A DNA stretch of 64,000 bases from Malacoraja senta (lineage: Eukaryota), in NCBI GenBank assembly GCA_038087875.1, contig CM075977.1, positions 312,232,001-312,296,000 on the forward strand, given 5' to 3'. Positions 1 through 11,357 of the stretch are shown in pieces (position 1 is the first letter of the stretch; each line of letters opens with the position of its first letter). The translations under genes and the position numbers were made by a program. The notes under the pieces were generated by a model that worked only from the letters and a program-made list of their open reading frames with translations, was not told the DNA's origin and ran no database searches.

Positions 1-104
1 GCAACATTAGCATCCTCTGGAAGAACTCAGGGTGGGGCTGTTTGGCTGCATCTGTAGAGGAGAATGGACAGATGATGTTTTGGGTCAGGACCATTCCTCA
101 GACT

Positions 105-400
105 TTTCCCAGGCCACATCCCAAGCATTGAGGGCTTGGCTACTTTCAGACAGCCCGGTGGGATAGGGAACACGGTATCTCGCCTGACTCCAGCTTCTTG
201 AGACACACAATCCCAAATTCTGCCATGCTTAATGTGCAGACGACTCAAGGATGTGCTCAGGGCTTTGACAAGGTGCAACATCTCCACTGGCTTCTGAGAA
301 CCTCTGGCCCATGATCACTCAAAGTGGAGAGAGAGCATATGGAATGGCATAGAGAACCACTGAGCAAACATAAGTTCTGCAAAAGTGACAAAAGGTGCCC
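105..400 (+). mobile_element. Old RTE-like LINE 3' remnant
   Basis: Degenerate similarity to an RTE ORF C-terminus (..RLKDVL..CNI...LAHDxSKWR), with many disruptions. Confidence 0.35.
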
Positions 401-589
401 ACGCCATTTGTGGTTACCACCTTGGCCTCGATATTCCCACCAGATGGGAGTAACATGTCATCCTGGATCCCTCGGGCTGTTTTAAAAGGAGGAAGACGCT
501 ACAGGAAAGGATTGACGGATTCCTGAGCTGTGAGCAGATCTGGGATGCGCTCCGATCTCCCAATCGCACCAGGAAAGCGAACACATGAG

Positions 590-716
590 TCATGACCCTC
601 CCTCTCTCCAAGGGGGCTGTCCCTCCCCCCTCCCCCCCTCTCTCCTCTCTCCAAGGGGACTGACCCCCCCTCTCTCCTCTCTCCAAGGGGACTGACCCCC
701 CCCCCCCCCCCCCCGC
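590..716. repeat. ~30-bp C-rich tandem repeat (about 3 units) at the start of SRD5A3 intron 1
   Basis: Unit CTCTCTCCAAGGGG(G/A)CTG(T/A)CCC.. repeated at ~602, ~645 and ~676, ending in a poly-C run. Confidence 0.7.
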
Positions 717-1105
717 GAACTAAAGTCGGCGGCTGCTGCTTGTACCTTTTCGGGAGATCTCGGCGCTGGAGCCAGAGAGGCCGCTGAAAGAAATGGCGTT
801 TGCTCTTTCCGTAGCGCATGAAGTCCTGAAATAACACGCTACAAATACCCGGACCCGACCACACATTGCGAAATATAACCGAGATCAGAAAAACCGCGGC
901 GAAAGCGAGCCAGGCGGCGGGCAGCGCCCCCAAGCCGGAACCCGCGACCATGTTGGATGAGCGGGTCGGGTCGGGTCGGGGCGAGGCTGGGGAAGAGGAA
1001 GCGCCGGCTGGCGGGGCGGGCGGAAGGAGCGGTTTCCGACCCGACAACTGAGCGCCGCCGCCGCCGCCGGTCTTTCCCCGCCGAGAGACCGCGGTCGGCG
1101 TCAGT
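700..1105 (-). promoter_or_regulatory. CpG island / GC-rich promoter of SRD5A3
   Basis: Very CpG-dense compared with the rest of the window. Contains GC boxes (GGCGGGGCGGG ~1010-1020), an ETS-like CGGAAG (~1021) and a (GCC)n run at ~1053-1068, and overlaps exon 1. Confidence 0.75.
746..951 (-). CDS. SRD5A3: SRD5A3 (polyprenal/polyprenol reductase, steroid 5-alpha-reductase 3) coding exon 1; the rest of the gene lies to the left, outside the window
   Basis: ATG at 951-949 in good Kozak context (AACATGG). Translation MVAGSGLGALPAAWLAFAAVFLISVIF...CSVLFQDFMRYGKSKR...DLPKR has a TM segment plus the FQDxxRYGK...D(V/L)PKR motif I recognise from SRD5A3. It ends after 68 codons + 2 nt at a GT donor (AAAAG|GTACAAG, GT at 745-744). 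Confidence 0.88.
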
Positions 1106-1712
1106 CATAGAGTGATACAGCGTGGAAACAGGCCCTTCGCCCCAACTTGCCCACACCACACCACACCGGCGCCGCAACAATGTCCCAGCAACACTGGCCC
1201 TACCAACTTGCGTTTGGCTCATATCCCTCCAAACCTGTCCAGGTCCCTGTCTAACGGCTTAAACGATGGGATAGTTCCAGCCTCAACTACCTCCTCTGGC
1301 AGCTCGATCCATACACCCACCACCCTTTTACCCTTCAGATTCTTTCCCCTCCTCATCTTAAAATTCACCGCACAGGCCGTTCGGGTGAACGTGCTCCCGA
1401 GGCCCAGGGCTGCAGGCTTTGGGCAGCTTGATACACAGATACATAGACAATAGGTGCAGGAGTAGGCCATTCGGCCCTTCGAGCCAGCACCGCCATTCAA
1501 TGTGATCATGGCTGATCATCTCCAATCAGTACCCTGTTCCTGCCTTCTCCCCATATCCCCTGACTCCGCTAGCCCTTAGAGCTCTATGTAACTTGAATGC
1601 ATCCAGTGAATCGGCCTCCACTGCCTTCTGCGGCAGAGAATTCCACAAATTCACAACTCTGGGTGAAAAATGTTTTTTCTCATCTCAGTTCGAAATGGCC
1701 TACCCGTTTCTT
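1100..1712 (-). mobile_element. Two CR1-type LINE 3'-end fragments
   Basis: Match the 3' ends of the longer CR1 copies in this window (RVVGVW..LPEEVVEAG; gaatggcctactcctgcacctattgtcta tail). Confidence 0.75.
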
Positions 1713-1861
1713 GGGTGGGAGTTGGGGGGCGATCGACTGACAAAAGTGAAGTCCTGAACAGAGTGGCTTTCTACTGGGGGAGAGCATCTGGCCAGCATCT
1801 AGAGAGTAGGGAGAGGCTGGAATTAGGGGTTGGGGAGAGTGCTCTGAGGGAGGGATTAGAC

Positions 1862-2229
1862 CAGGGGTGGGGAACCTTTTCATGTTGGCATGCCGCATTG
1901 TTAGCTGTAATCTAATAAAGCCGCATCCAAGAAACTTCAATTAGCTATACTTCAAAATATACATTATTTTGTTAAAATAGCCCTCATGACTTACTAATAT
2001 TTTATTTGTGTCCGTCAGTCGGGGAGGGTTATTTTGTTGAATCTTCTTTTACTCTTTGGTAATTTAAATACGTTCATTTTAAGATTAAAATTAAAATAAT
2101 AAAAGACGAACAAAAACATTAATAAAAATAAAAGGATTTGTTCTACAGAATTTGGATTCATTCAAAAGGCTGCACTTAATGGCCTAGAAGGCCGCATGCG
2201 GCCTTAAGGTCGCAGGTTCCCCACCCCTG
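1862..2229. mobile_element. hAT (Charlie/SPIN-like) MITE, 368 bp
   Basis: 16-bp TIRs CAGGGGTGGGGAACCT / AGGTTCCCCACCCCTG and a perfect 8-bp TSD GATTAGAC (1854-1861, 2230-2237). One end matches the element starting at 12401. Confidence 0.92.
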
Positions 2230-2292
2230 GATTAGACCCTCTGCATTTCGCAAACAGGAAAAATAAGACAATGGGGGAAGCCATCTCACATT

Positions 2293-2545
2293 CAAAGTCG
2301 GCTTGTTGAGTCATTGTAACTCGTTTTCACCTCGCCCACAGCTAACAATGGCCTGTATCATTGTTACTTTTTTACATATCTTTCATTCATTTGTTCTATA
2401 TCTCCATATCCATTTATTTCTCTCATTTCCCTTTCCCCGACTCAGTTTGAAGAAGGGTCTCGACCCAAAACATCACCTATTCCTTTTCTCCAGAAATATT
2501 GTCTGACCCGCTGAGTTACTTCAGGTTTTTGTACCTATCTTCGCA
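2293..2545 (+). mobile_element. Penelope-like pLTR-derived fragment inserted in an old Rex1-like remnant
   Basis: gaagaagggtctcgaccc...ccgctgagttact..tacctatcttc matches the terminal repeat of the Penelope element at 26389-27313. Confidence 0.6.
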
Positions 2546-3886
2546 TCACATTTAGCCTTGGATCACTGTGATGATAAGAACACCTTCAACAGGAGACTAT
2601 TCCTGACTACAGCTCAGCCTTCAACATTTAATATCAAAGAAGCTCATCTCTAAATTTCTGGATCTTAGCTTTAGGGCTTCCTTTTGCAACTGGCTTTTGG
2701 ACTTGCTGACCGGCAGACCTTAGTAGTCACTTAAAATTGGCTGTAAGGTTTCCACCATCCTTAACTCAATACTGGTGCTTTTCAGGGTTGTGTACTCAGT
2801 CTTTGCTCAACTTCCTGTACCCTATGACTAGTCTGGACATTCCAGCTTTCAAGCTCCTGTATCTTCTCCCAGAAGGCAGAAAAGAGGATGACGGGTATCT
2901 TTTATGATACTTTCAGCCTTCCAGATACAATTTCTTGATTAGTACAGGTTATGGGGAGAAGGCAGGAGAATGGGGTTAGGAGAGATAAATCAGCCATGAT
3001 TGAATGGCAGAGTAGACTTGATGGGTCAAATGGCCGAATTCTACTCCTATCACATATGACAACGCACGGAGATGATGGACTGGATGGAAGGAAGTGATGG
3101 GCCTGTGGTAGACTGGGCTTGTGCACCACTCATGACAGGGTCAGCAGTCAAGAGCTGAGCAATTGCCATACCAGGCTAAGATACATCCTGTCAGAACTTA
3201 TTTTAACACATTTGTAGAAGTTTGAGAGAATCCTTGTGTGTATGCTGAATCTCAGATGCTTAAGAGAGTAAATACTCTAGATCAGCCTGAAGAGACCAGG
3301 TTAGGTTGCTGTTGATATTAATCCACAGGAACTTGAAGCCATCGACCATCTCTACAGCAGCTCCTTCGATGAGAGGGTTGTGTTCACCCCCTTGTTTTCT
3401 CTTGTCAATAACTGACTCTAAACTTGCTGGACTGTCAATATATTTTTGTGATCAAGTCTTTGGAGTGGTCATTGAATCCACAAACTATCTCAGAACCAAT
3501 ATTAAGCCTGAAGTTCTGGACTTGAATTTAATTAATATCTTCTGTGAATAAAATCTCAACCAATGTACTGCTCTGGATTAAGCTGGATGTCTGTGTGTCT
3601 ACAAATGTATCTGGGATGAAACTGGAACTCCCAGGGAAAAACTAGGGGAAGAAAAGATTCAAATGCAATGAAATGAGTTTGCATTTTGTTTAAATGCTAA
3701 TTTCCACCACAGTGGATTTGACAACTATTCGGACCAATGTGTACAAACTCAGTTGGATCATTTTGTGGTCAAGTAAGTAACCTTTCTGAATGGAGACCAA
3801 TGTCACAGTAACATCAGTGTGCAAGCTCTAAAGTCAGATTCCTCCGGTTAATTAAACAAAGCAATCAGATTACAACATTTAGTTAA

Positions 3887-3887
<1 letters not shown>

Positions 3888-3918
<31 letters not shown>

Positions 3919-6900
3919 TTATTTATTAGAAGTACATTACATCACAGCCACATACATTAATACTCGTCATTTATATCTTCTTACAATTAATGTACTCCCT
4001 TTATTTTTTTTTTTACGCTAAAGAAAGAAAAGATTGAAAGAGAGAAGAAAGTGAAGGAAAAAGTGCAAGTGTAGAAAAGTGTAGAAAATGTAACAACAAA
4101 AAAAAAAAAAGGACGAGGACCCTATGAAAGCGAAATTAAAAACAAAAAAAAAAAAGAGTTAAGAAATAGGCCCTAAGAAAAGAAAAGAGAGAGAGAAAAA
4201 AAGAAAAACAAATGTTTTTTTTTTGAGCATCACGTAAATAGGACATACCAACTCTTCAACTATCATCCCCCCTTACCTGACCTCAATTTTTTATTTTTTT
4301 AAAGTACTTTTGCACCCTATGTTTGTAATAATTCTATAAATGCAGACCACGTCAGGTGGAAGTGATCTGGTTTACCTGCTAGGAGGAGTCTTATCTCTTC
4401 AAGGTGTAGTGTTTCAAACATATTTGAAATCCACATATTTATAGTTGGTATTGGAGCCTTCTTCCAAAATTTTAGAATTAGCTTTTTTCCAGTTATTAAC
4501 CCATAATCCATTAATTTCTTTTGAAACACATTTAGTTCTGGATCATCTTCCGTTATTCCGAAGATAATCCATTCTGCTTTGGGTATCAGTCTTGTTTTAA
4601 ATAACTTTGTAAAGATTTCAAAAATTTCATTCCAAAATTTTTGAATTTTTGTACAGAAGACAAATGAGTGCGCTATAGTTGCTTCTTGGGATTGACATTT
4701 ATCACAAATAGATGATACGTTTGGGAAAATTTTATGAATTTTAGTTTTCGAATAATATAATCTATGTAAAATTTTAAATTGTATTAAAGTGTGTCTTACA
4801 TTAATCGAGCATTTATGTACTTTTAATAAGTATTCATTCCAACTTTCCTTTGAAATTTTAATAGCTAACTCTTGTTCCCAGTCTCTTCTGATACCCTCCG
4901 TAGATGGTATTTGTACATTTAAGATAATATTGTACAAATATGATATTAAGTTTGCTGATTCCGCTTTTGTCTGCATTGCCTCGTCCAGTACATCTGCTGG
5001 GTTATTATGATGATCTTTTATATATTTTTTCAAATAGTCGCATATTTGAAAGTATTTAAAATATTGATTATTTCCGAGTTTATATTTTATTTGTAATTGT
5101 TGAAATGAAAGTAATTTTCCAGTTTCATACAAGTCACCAAGCGTTTTAATTCCTAGTCTATCCCATTGTGTATAAGCTTTATCTATAATAGAAGGACTAA
5201 ACGAAGGGTTATTGACTATAGGTAATAAAAGTGATAAGTTTCTTAATTTTAAATTTTGTTTTATTTGTTTCCAAATACGGATTGTACTATGAATAATTGG
5301 GTTCTTATTATAGTTTATGTTATTCAATTTCATTGGAGAGAGGAGGATCGCTCCAATGTTTCTAGAGGAGCAATCCTCTTTCTCCATTACAATCCAGTCT
5401 ACTTGCTGGGCGGAGTTATCCATCAGTTGAATCATGTTTTTAATATTTACTGACCAATAATAATACATAAAATTGGGTAGTGCTAGACCCCCCAATACTT
5501 TAGATTTATTCAGATGGGTTTTTTGTATTCTATGTGATTTATAGTCCCATATAAAATGAGTGATATCTGAGTCGAGTTTTTTTAAAAACTTCTTAGGTAA
5601 GTATATAGGAATTGATTGAAATAGGTATAAAATTTGTGGTAAAAAGATCATTTTTATTGCGTTTATTCGGCCTATTAAAGACATCGGAAGCGTTTTCCAG
5701 AATTTAATTAATGTATTCAGTTTATTAAGTAGGGGGTCAAAATTTGCCCTGAGCATACCTTGATATGCTCTGGTAATTTCGATTCCCAAATATTTAAATT
5801 TTTCTGTAGCTATTTTAAAAGGGAATTTTAAAAGATGTGTTGAATCTTTCGGTTTTATTGACATAATTTCACTTTTATTCCAATTTATTCTATATCCAGA
5901 AAAAGATCCGAAGTCTTCAATTAAATTTAATATATTTGGTATAGTGATTTGAGGTTTTGTAATATACAATAATATATCATCCGCGTATAAAGATATTTTA
6001 TTATATGAGTCTTTAGTATTATATCCATGAATATCAGGGTGTATTCTAATTTTTTCTGCTAGCGGTTCAATAATGAGAGCAAACAGCTGTGGTGATAATG
6101 AGCATCCTTGTCTATTTCCCCTTGATAGTTGAAATTTCGAGGATAATATGTTATTAGTAAGTATTCTAGCTGTAGGTTTGTTATATAGTAACTTAATCCA
6201 TAAAATAAAATTCTCTCCCAGTTGAAATTTTTGTAATACTTTATCCATATAATTCCATTCTACTTGATCAAATGCTTTTTCAGCATCCAGCGAAATAATT
6301 GATAATTCTTGATCTTCAGATTTGTGTGAGTGCATTATGTTGAGTAGACGTCTCATATTATTAGAAGAATATCTCTTAGGGATAAACCCTGTCTGATCTG
6401 GGTTTATTAATTTACTAATGTATTTACTTAATCTTCTGGCTAATGTTTTCGCTAATATTTTTTGATCTGTGTTTAACAATGCTATAGCTCTATATGAGCC
6501 AGGATCTTCTAAATCCTTATTTTTCTTAGGTATTAATGTAATCGTTGATTCCGCTAATGTATCAGGTAGTATTCGTTTTTTAAAAGCGTATTGGTACATT
6601 TTTTGTAATCTTGGTATTATTTTTTCATAAAAGTTTTTATAAAATTCATTAGTAAATCCATCAGGGCCTGGTGTTTTTCCATTTTTTAGTGAGTTTATTG
6701 TATCTTCTAATTCCTTAATTGAGATTTGTGCACCCAGTTCCTCTTGTTCCTTCAGCTCTAACTTTGGAAGATTACAGGTATCCAAGAACTTTGTGATATT
6801 ATTGGAATCAATTATCGTTTTAGATGTATACAAATTCTCGTAAAATTGCGCAAATCTTTTATTAATATCCTTCGGTGTTGTTAATAATTCCCCTTTATCT

Positions 6901-6920
6901 GATTTGATCTTTGGTATAGT
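3888..6920 (-). mobile_element. Young 5'-truncated L1-clade LINE with poly(A) tail and a 98-bp target-site duplication
   Basis: Poly-T on the + strand at ~3887-3912, 3'UTR ~3913-4316, and an identical 98-bp direct repeat at 3790-3887 and 6921-7018. Confidence 0.95.
4317..6920 (-). CDS. L1 ORF2p fragment (Z-domain, reverse transcriptase, C-terminal CCHC); endonuclease lost by truncation
   Basis: The frame stays open upstream of the listed 6833 start up to the truncation point (TIPKIKSDKGELLTTPKDINKRFAQFYENLY). Motifs: KTPGPDGF, YRAIALLN, SLDAEKAFD, GNRQGCSLSP, YADD, FKYLGI, CDKC-x8-H-x4-C. Confidence 0.93.
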   Translation of the reverse strand, partial: TIPKIKSDKGELLTTPKDINKRFAQFYENLYTSKTIIDSNNITKFLDTCNLPKLELKEQEELGAQISIKELEDTINSLKNGKTPGPDGFTNEFYKNFYEKIIPRLQKMYQYAFKKRILPDTLAESTITLIPKKNKDLEDPGSYRAIALLNTDQKILAKTLARRLSKYISKLINPDQTGFIPKRYSSNNMRRLLNIMHSHKSEDQELSIISLDAEKAFDQVEWNYMDKVLQKFQLGENFILWIKLLYNKPTARILTNNILSSKFQLSRGNRQGCSLSPQLFALIIEPLAEKIRIHPDIHGYNTKDSYNKISLYADDILLYITKPQITIPNILNLIEDFGSFSGYRINWNKSEIMSIKPKDSTHLLKFPFKIATEKFKYLGIEITRAYQGMLRANFDPLLNKLNTLIKFWKTLPMSLIGRINAIKMIFLPQILYLFQSIPIYLPKKFLKKLDSDITHFIWDYKSHRIQKTHLNKSKVLGGLALPNFMYYYWSVNIKNMIQLMDNSAQQVDWIVMEKEDCSSRNIGAILLSPMKLNNINYNKNPIIHSTIRIWKQIKQNLKLRNLSLLLPIVNNPSFSPSIIDKAYTQWDRLGIKTLGDLYETGKLLSFQQLQIKYKLGNNQYFKYFQICDYLKKYIKDHHNNPADVLDEAMQTKAESANLISYLYNIILNVQIPSTEGIRRDWEQELAIKISKESWNEYLLKVHKCSINVRHTLIQFKILHRLYYSKTKIHKIFPNVSSICDKCQSQEATIAHSFVFCTKIQKFWNEIFEIFTKLFKTRLIPKAEWIIFGITEDDPELNVFQKKLMDYGLITGKKLILKFWKKAPIPTINMWISNMFETLHLEEIRLLLAGKPDHFHLTWSAFIELLQT

Positions 6921-8602
6921 ATGGAGACCAATGTCACAGTAACATCAGTGTGCAAGCTCTAAAGTCAGATTCCTCCGGTTAATTAAACAAAGCAATCAGA
7001 TTACAACATTTAGTTAATAGTGCAGCCATGCATCTTTATCTGAATAGGTCACCCATAGTGAGCAATAACCCATCATTTCAACATTGGTGCACAGACCTGC
7101 TGCAAAATATAATTTCACATGGGTAATTATCAGACCAATAATATTTTACAGATCAATCTTTATCCAAGATGCATTAACTGCTTTCCAGTTGCATGGCTAT
7201 GCTTAGGAAATCTTTGACTTAAAATAGAATCTTAAAACTATTGAAGTTCCAGGGACTAAAATTGAACTGTTGAAAACCGTGAATCAGGCCTCCCATAAGC
7301 AACTGAACTCAGGACTTTGGCACATGGACTTGGCCTTGCTCATGACCACCTAAATTCAGAACTGCGTGCAAGTGCCCACACTTTGGCGTACCCAGGTGCC
7401 ACTGGAAATCCTATCTGTGAGCACCTGACTTAAAACATGTGAACATATTGTATTGATTCATGTAACCAGTTTATCTGATACATCAAAATTGTTTGCTTCA
7501 TCCTAGCTTTCACCTCCTTTGATTTTATTAGGCAAGAAACAATCAATATGCATAAACTGAGCAACCTGACCAAACGAAAGGACAATATATTTCTACAACT
7601 CTTTCAAGTAATCATTTCAGCCAATTGTGCTATGGTTTTTCGCTCCAACCTTTTGGTTCAGACTTCTTTCTTTAATACTGGACATAACTTAGGCATCTAT
7701 CTATTTGGTTTGTTTCTCCTCCACCAAATTTGACTTAAATGTGATCCAAATGTTTCTATCCATGTCCTATAGAGATGTTGCCTGACCTATTGAGTTACTC
7801 CAGTACATTGTGTTCTTTTTTGTAAACCAGCATTTGCGGTTCCTTGCACTTATAACTGAGTGCAAGGTGTTATAAGTGTCTGTCTTTTCTGTCTTTTAAT
7901 AAACTGTCTTTTAATCTGTCTTTTAATAAACAGTTCAACTGAAATAAGAAATGGGGGTTGTTTCAATGTAAGAAATATTGCCAACATATGATCCAGTGCT
8001 AACTGATGTTTCTATGAACTTAGATCCAGCAATTTGTTTGGTGAGGTTACCTTTAGTAATTTTCACTGCAGTACTTCATTGGTGGTGGGGTGATTTGATG
8101 GAGCTCTGATATATCTGAGCACTATTTCCACTCACAAACTAAATTCTGTGAGCAAAACTGTTACCGAATACAATTTTTCCAGAAGCCCCTATGAAGCAAC
8201 AAATGCTGTAAAACATCCAGTGTTTTACACACGGTTGTTTGATTTTGCAGAAACACTTTTACTTACTTTGAATGGCTGTCCAATTATTCCCTTTTTTAAT
8301 TTGCTAAATCTATGTGGAACCATTGTCATACTCTGACAAAAGCAAACTCCATGTGTACAAGGTATTTCTGGTTCCTTGTGCTCTAATAAAAAGATGTTGA
8401 GGATAGGATCAGACATAGAACATTACAGCACAGGAACAGGCCCTTCGGCCCACAACATCTGTGCCGAAGATGATGTCATGTTAAACTAATCTCAAGAGTG
8501 CTCTAATATCTTGTCCCAAAACAGAAGAATGAAATTCTTACTTGCAGCAGCACAACATGTAAACATTGCACTTACTAGATACCGTAGTAAACCACAAAAA
8601 GA

Positions 8603-8635
8603 TGTGTGTGTGTGTGTGTGTGTGTATATTTCCAG

Positions 8636-8673
<38 letters not shown>

Positions 8674-8680
8674 CTGGAAA
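8603..8680. repeat. (TG)n plus (TA)16 microsatellite; 52-bp perfect palindrome at 8629-8680
   Basis: TTTCCAGAGG-(TA)16-CCTCTGGAAA read directly. Confidence 0.9.
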
Positions 8681-8914
8681 CACATTTCAGCTGCCCACCA
8701 CCTTCTGTGGAAAAAAACCATGGTATTCCTGAATGGTGAAACAGACACTAAGCAACAATTTGCCTATTCTTTCCTGATCATATTTCTTATTTTATTGTGT
8801 GAGTGTTTTGCTTACCACTGGTTTGTCAAGCATAGGTACTTAATTGATGCTAGTTCTGGTTAATCAAGTTTATTAGTTTCTGTTGGGCACACACAAATGT
8901 ATGTATATTGAGAC

Positions 8915-9720
8915 GTGTTGAGACGTCGCCCGTCAATCATTATCTTCTTTCCCCAGGCCTTTTCCAACACCATTTCTTTGGTATTAAACTCCAGGAAATT
9001 TACCACTATGGACCTAGGTGGTGCGTTACGTTCAGGTTTGCGAGCCAAAGCACTGGATCCGTACGTTCGTGTCCGTTGTTATGGCGAGTTCAGTTTTCAA
9101 AAGTTGATCCACAAATTCAGACATGGATTTGCTTTCTTTCTGTTCTGGTACGCCGTAGATGCGAATGTTATTTCGTCTAGGCCGTTCTTCCAAATCAGTC
9201 AGTTTTTCTTGCATGACTTTCGGTTTTTTCATAGATTTAATCAGCACATTTTTCATAGCCATGCTAATTGTCTCAGCCTCTTCGACTTGTGCCTCTGCTT
9301 TGTTTAGTCTAGTTTCGTGGGCGTGGATTTTATTTTTGGAGTTAGCTGAAAGTTTATGGTAAATTTCTTGCTTCAGATCTTTGAGTTCAGCTTTCGTGTC
9401 TTCTTTGAGTCCTTCTTTAAGTTTATGTAAGTCCACTTTATATTCAGCCCTGAAGTCACGTATTTCCTTACTGATATTGTGGAGCATTGAGCGCATGGTT
9501 TCTGCCGAGTCATCGTTTGAGCTTTGAGCTTTGTCCATCTCCGGTGAATTCTTTCTTTCTCATCCGGCACGTTTCTTTTGACTTCTAGTTGTCGCTTCCC
9601 CACTCCTTCCAATACAGAATACTGCGAATTATGTGGCAATTGGTGAATTAAGGGAGGCTAGTTTTAAACTTGTTATCGGGATCTCGAGATTAAGCAGCCA
9701 TCTGCTTGCTTCGCCACCGC
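8915..9720 (-). mobile_element. L1-clade 5' fragment: 5'UTR plus frameshifted ORF1p (coiled coil + RRM)
   Basis: ORF pieces ...LTDLEERPRRNNIRIYGVPE... and ...PPRSIVVNFLEFNTKEMVLEKAW are typical L1 ORF1p motifs. No ORF2 follows. Confidence 0.85.
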
Positions 9721-9799
9721 CACCCATTCCTGCTCTCCAGAGATGCTGCCTGTCCCACTGAGTTACTCCAGCATTTTGTGTCTGCCTTCAATACAACAC

Positions 9800-11355
9800 A
9801 TGATTCTTACAAAACTCCATCCGACATTCTCAGAGGCTATACATACATTCAATACTGTTTCCACAAATTACACCATTTTTCCCCCACACCCTTGCCACTC
9901 ATGTGGCCCACTGGCGTGGAATCCCTTCCCTTATTTTTGAGGGGTGGCTCCACCACACCCTGCCCCCCATGTCCCGCAGGGGAAGGACCCTAGACTGTGG
10001 TCCTCCCCCACAGCATCAAGCTTCAGTGCGTCCCTCAGCATGTACACCTGCAGTCTGCAGTGGGCCAGTCTGCAATATTCCCCAACGGACATCTCGCTCT
10101 GCTGGGAGGTCAACGAAGCTGGGGCAGACCAAAGAACGTCTTTCACTGAGTTGATGACCTTCCAGCAGCACTCAATGTCCGTCTCTGAATGCATCCCTGG
10201 GAACAGTCCGTAAATCACTCTGTCTTCTGTGTTGGAGCTGTTAGGAATAAATCGTGACAGGGACCCTTGCAAACCTCTCCAGACTTTCTTTGCAAATCCA
10301 CACTCTGCGAAGATGTGGGCAACCGTCCTCTCCATAGCAGCCGTCCCGAGGGCAGCATGCGCTGGTAGTGAGGTTCTGACGGTGCAGGAAGGATCTGACT
10401 GGGATGCCTCCCCTCAACCCCAGCCAAGCCAGGTCTTGGTGCTTGTTGGTGATTTTTGGCGACGAGGCATTTTGCCAAACAAGCTGGGCAGTCTACTCTG
10501 GGAACCACGCCACAGGATCCATGGAGTCAGTGCCTGCAGGACGTTCTGTGCTGACCACCGCCTGATGGACTTGTGGTCAAAAGTGTTGTTCCAGAAGAAC
10601 CTTTCCACCAATGACAGATGGTGCGGCAATGACCAGCTGACTGGCACATTGCATGGCATCTGTTCCAGGCCCATTCTTTGCAACACCAGGGACAAGTAGA
10701 ACCTCAGCCGGTCGTGACACTTGGTGCCCACGTGCCTGGTGCAGCCACACACGAAGGTGGCCATCAAGGTGAGGGCGACATTGGGCACGCTTTAACCCCG
10801 TTGTCTGCCGACTTGTGCATTGTGGCCCATCGCACCTGGTCCATCCTCGAACCACAGATGAAGTGTAAGACGGCCCGGGTGATCCCTTTGGTGTAGAAGG
10901 GAGGGACGGGCCACACTTGCACCAAGTACAGCAGCCCAGAGAGCACCTCACACCGGATGACCAACTTTTTCCCCGTTATCGATAAGAGCGCTGCTTCCAC
11001 AGCTCCAGTTTCTTCCCCACCTTGGCTATCCGCTCCAGCCAATTCTTGTCCCACGCCTCAGCCCCCCCCCAAACCAGATCCCCAGCACCTTCAAGGAGTC
11101 AGGCTGGATGGTGAAGGGGACGGAAGATCGGTCGGGCCAGATGCCAAAGAGCATGGGCCCTCTCTTCCTGAGGTTCACTCTGGCTCCTCTGGCCGACTCA
11201 AACTGGTCGCAGACACTGATCAATCTGCGGACCGACCCTGGATCCGAGCAGAAGACGGCGACATTGTCTGTGTTCAGTGAGCTTTTGACTTGAATGCCCC
11301 TACTGCCTGGCAATGTCACTCCTCTTATGCTCACATCCTTCCTGATGGACTCGGT
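9800..11355 (-). mobile_element. Decayed Tx1/L1-clade LINE ORF2 3' portion
   Basis: Frameshifted fragments: SLNTDNVAVF (YADD region), FESARGARVN, LKVLGIWFG, LSITGKKLVI, HIFAECGFAKKVW (zinc knuckle), VIYGLFPG. Confidence 0.8.
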
Positions 11356-11357
11356 AA

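Noticed and set aside
499-1047. 182-aa ORF as a complete protein
   Set aside because: Only 951-746 is SRD5A3-like. The rest is GC-rich 5' sequence and read-through into the intronic repeat past a GT donor.
3888-9720. Joining the L1 ORF1 piece (8915-9720) and ORF2 piece (3888-6920) into one full-length L1
   Set aside because: The ORF2 piece has its own TSD and is intact, while the ORF1 piece is decayed and separated by unrelated DNA.
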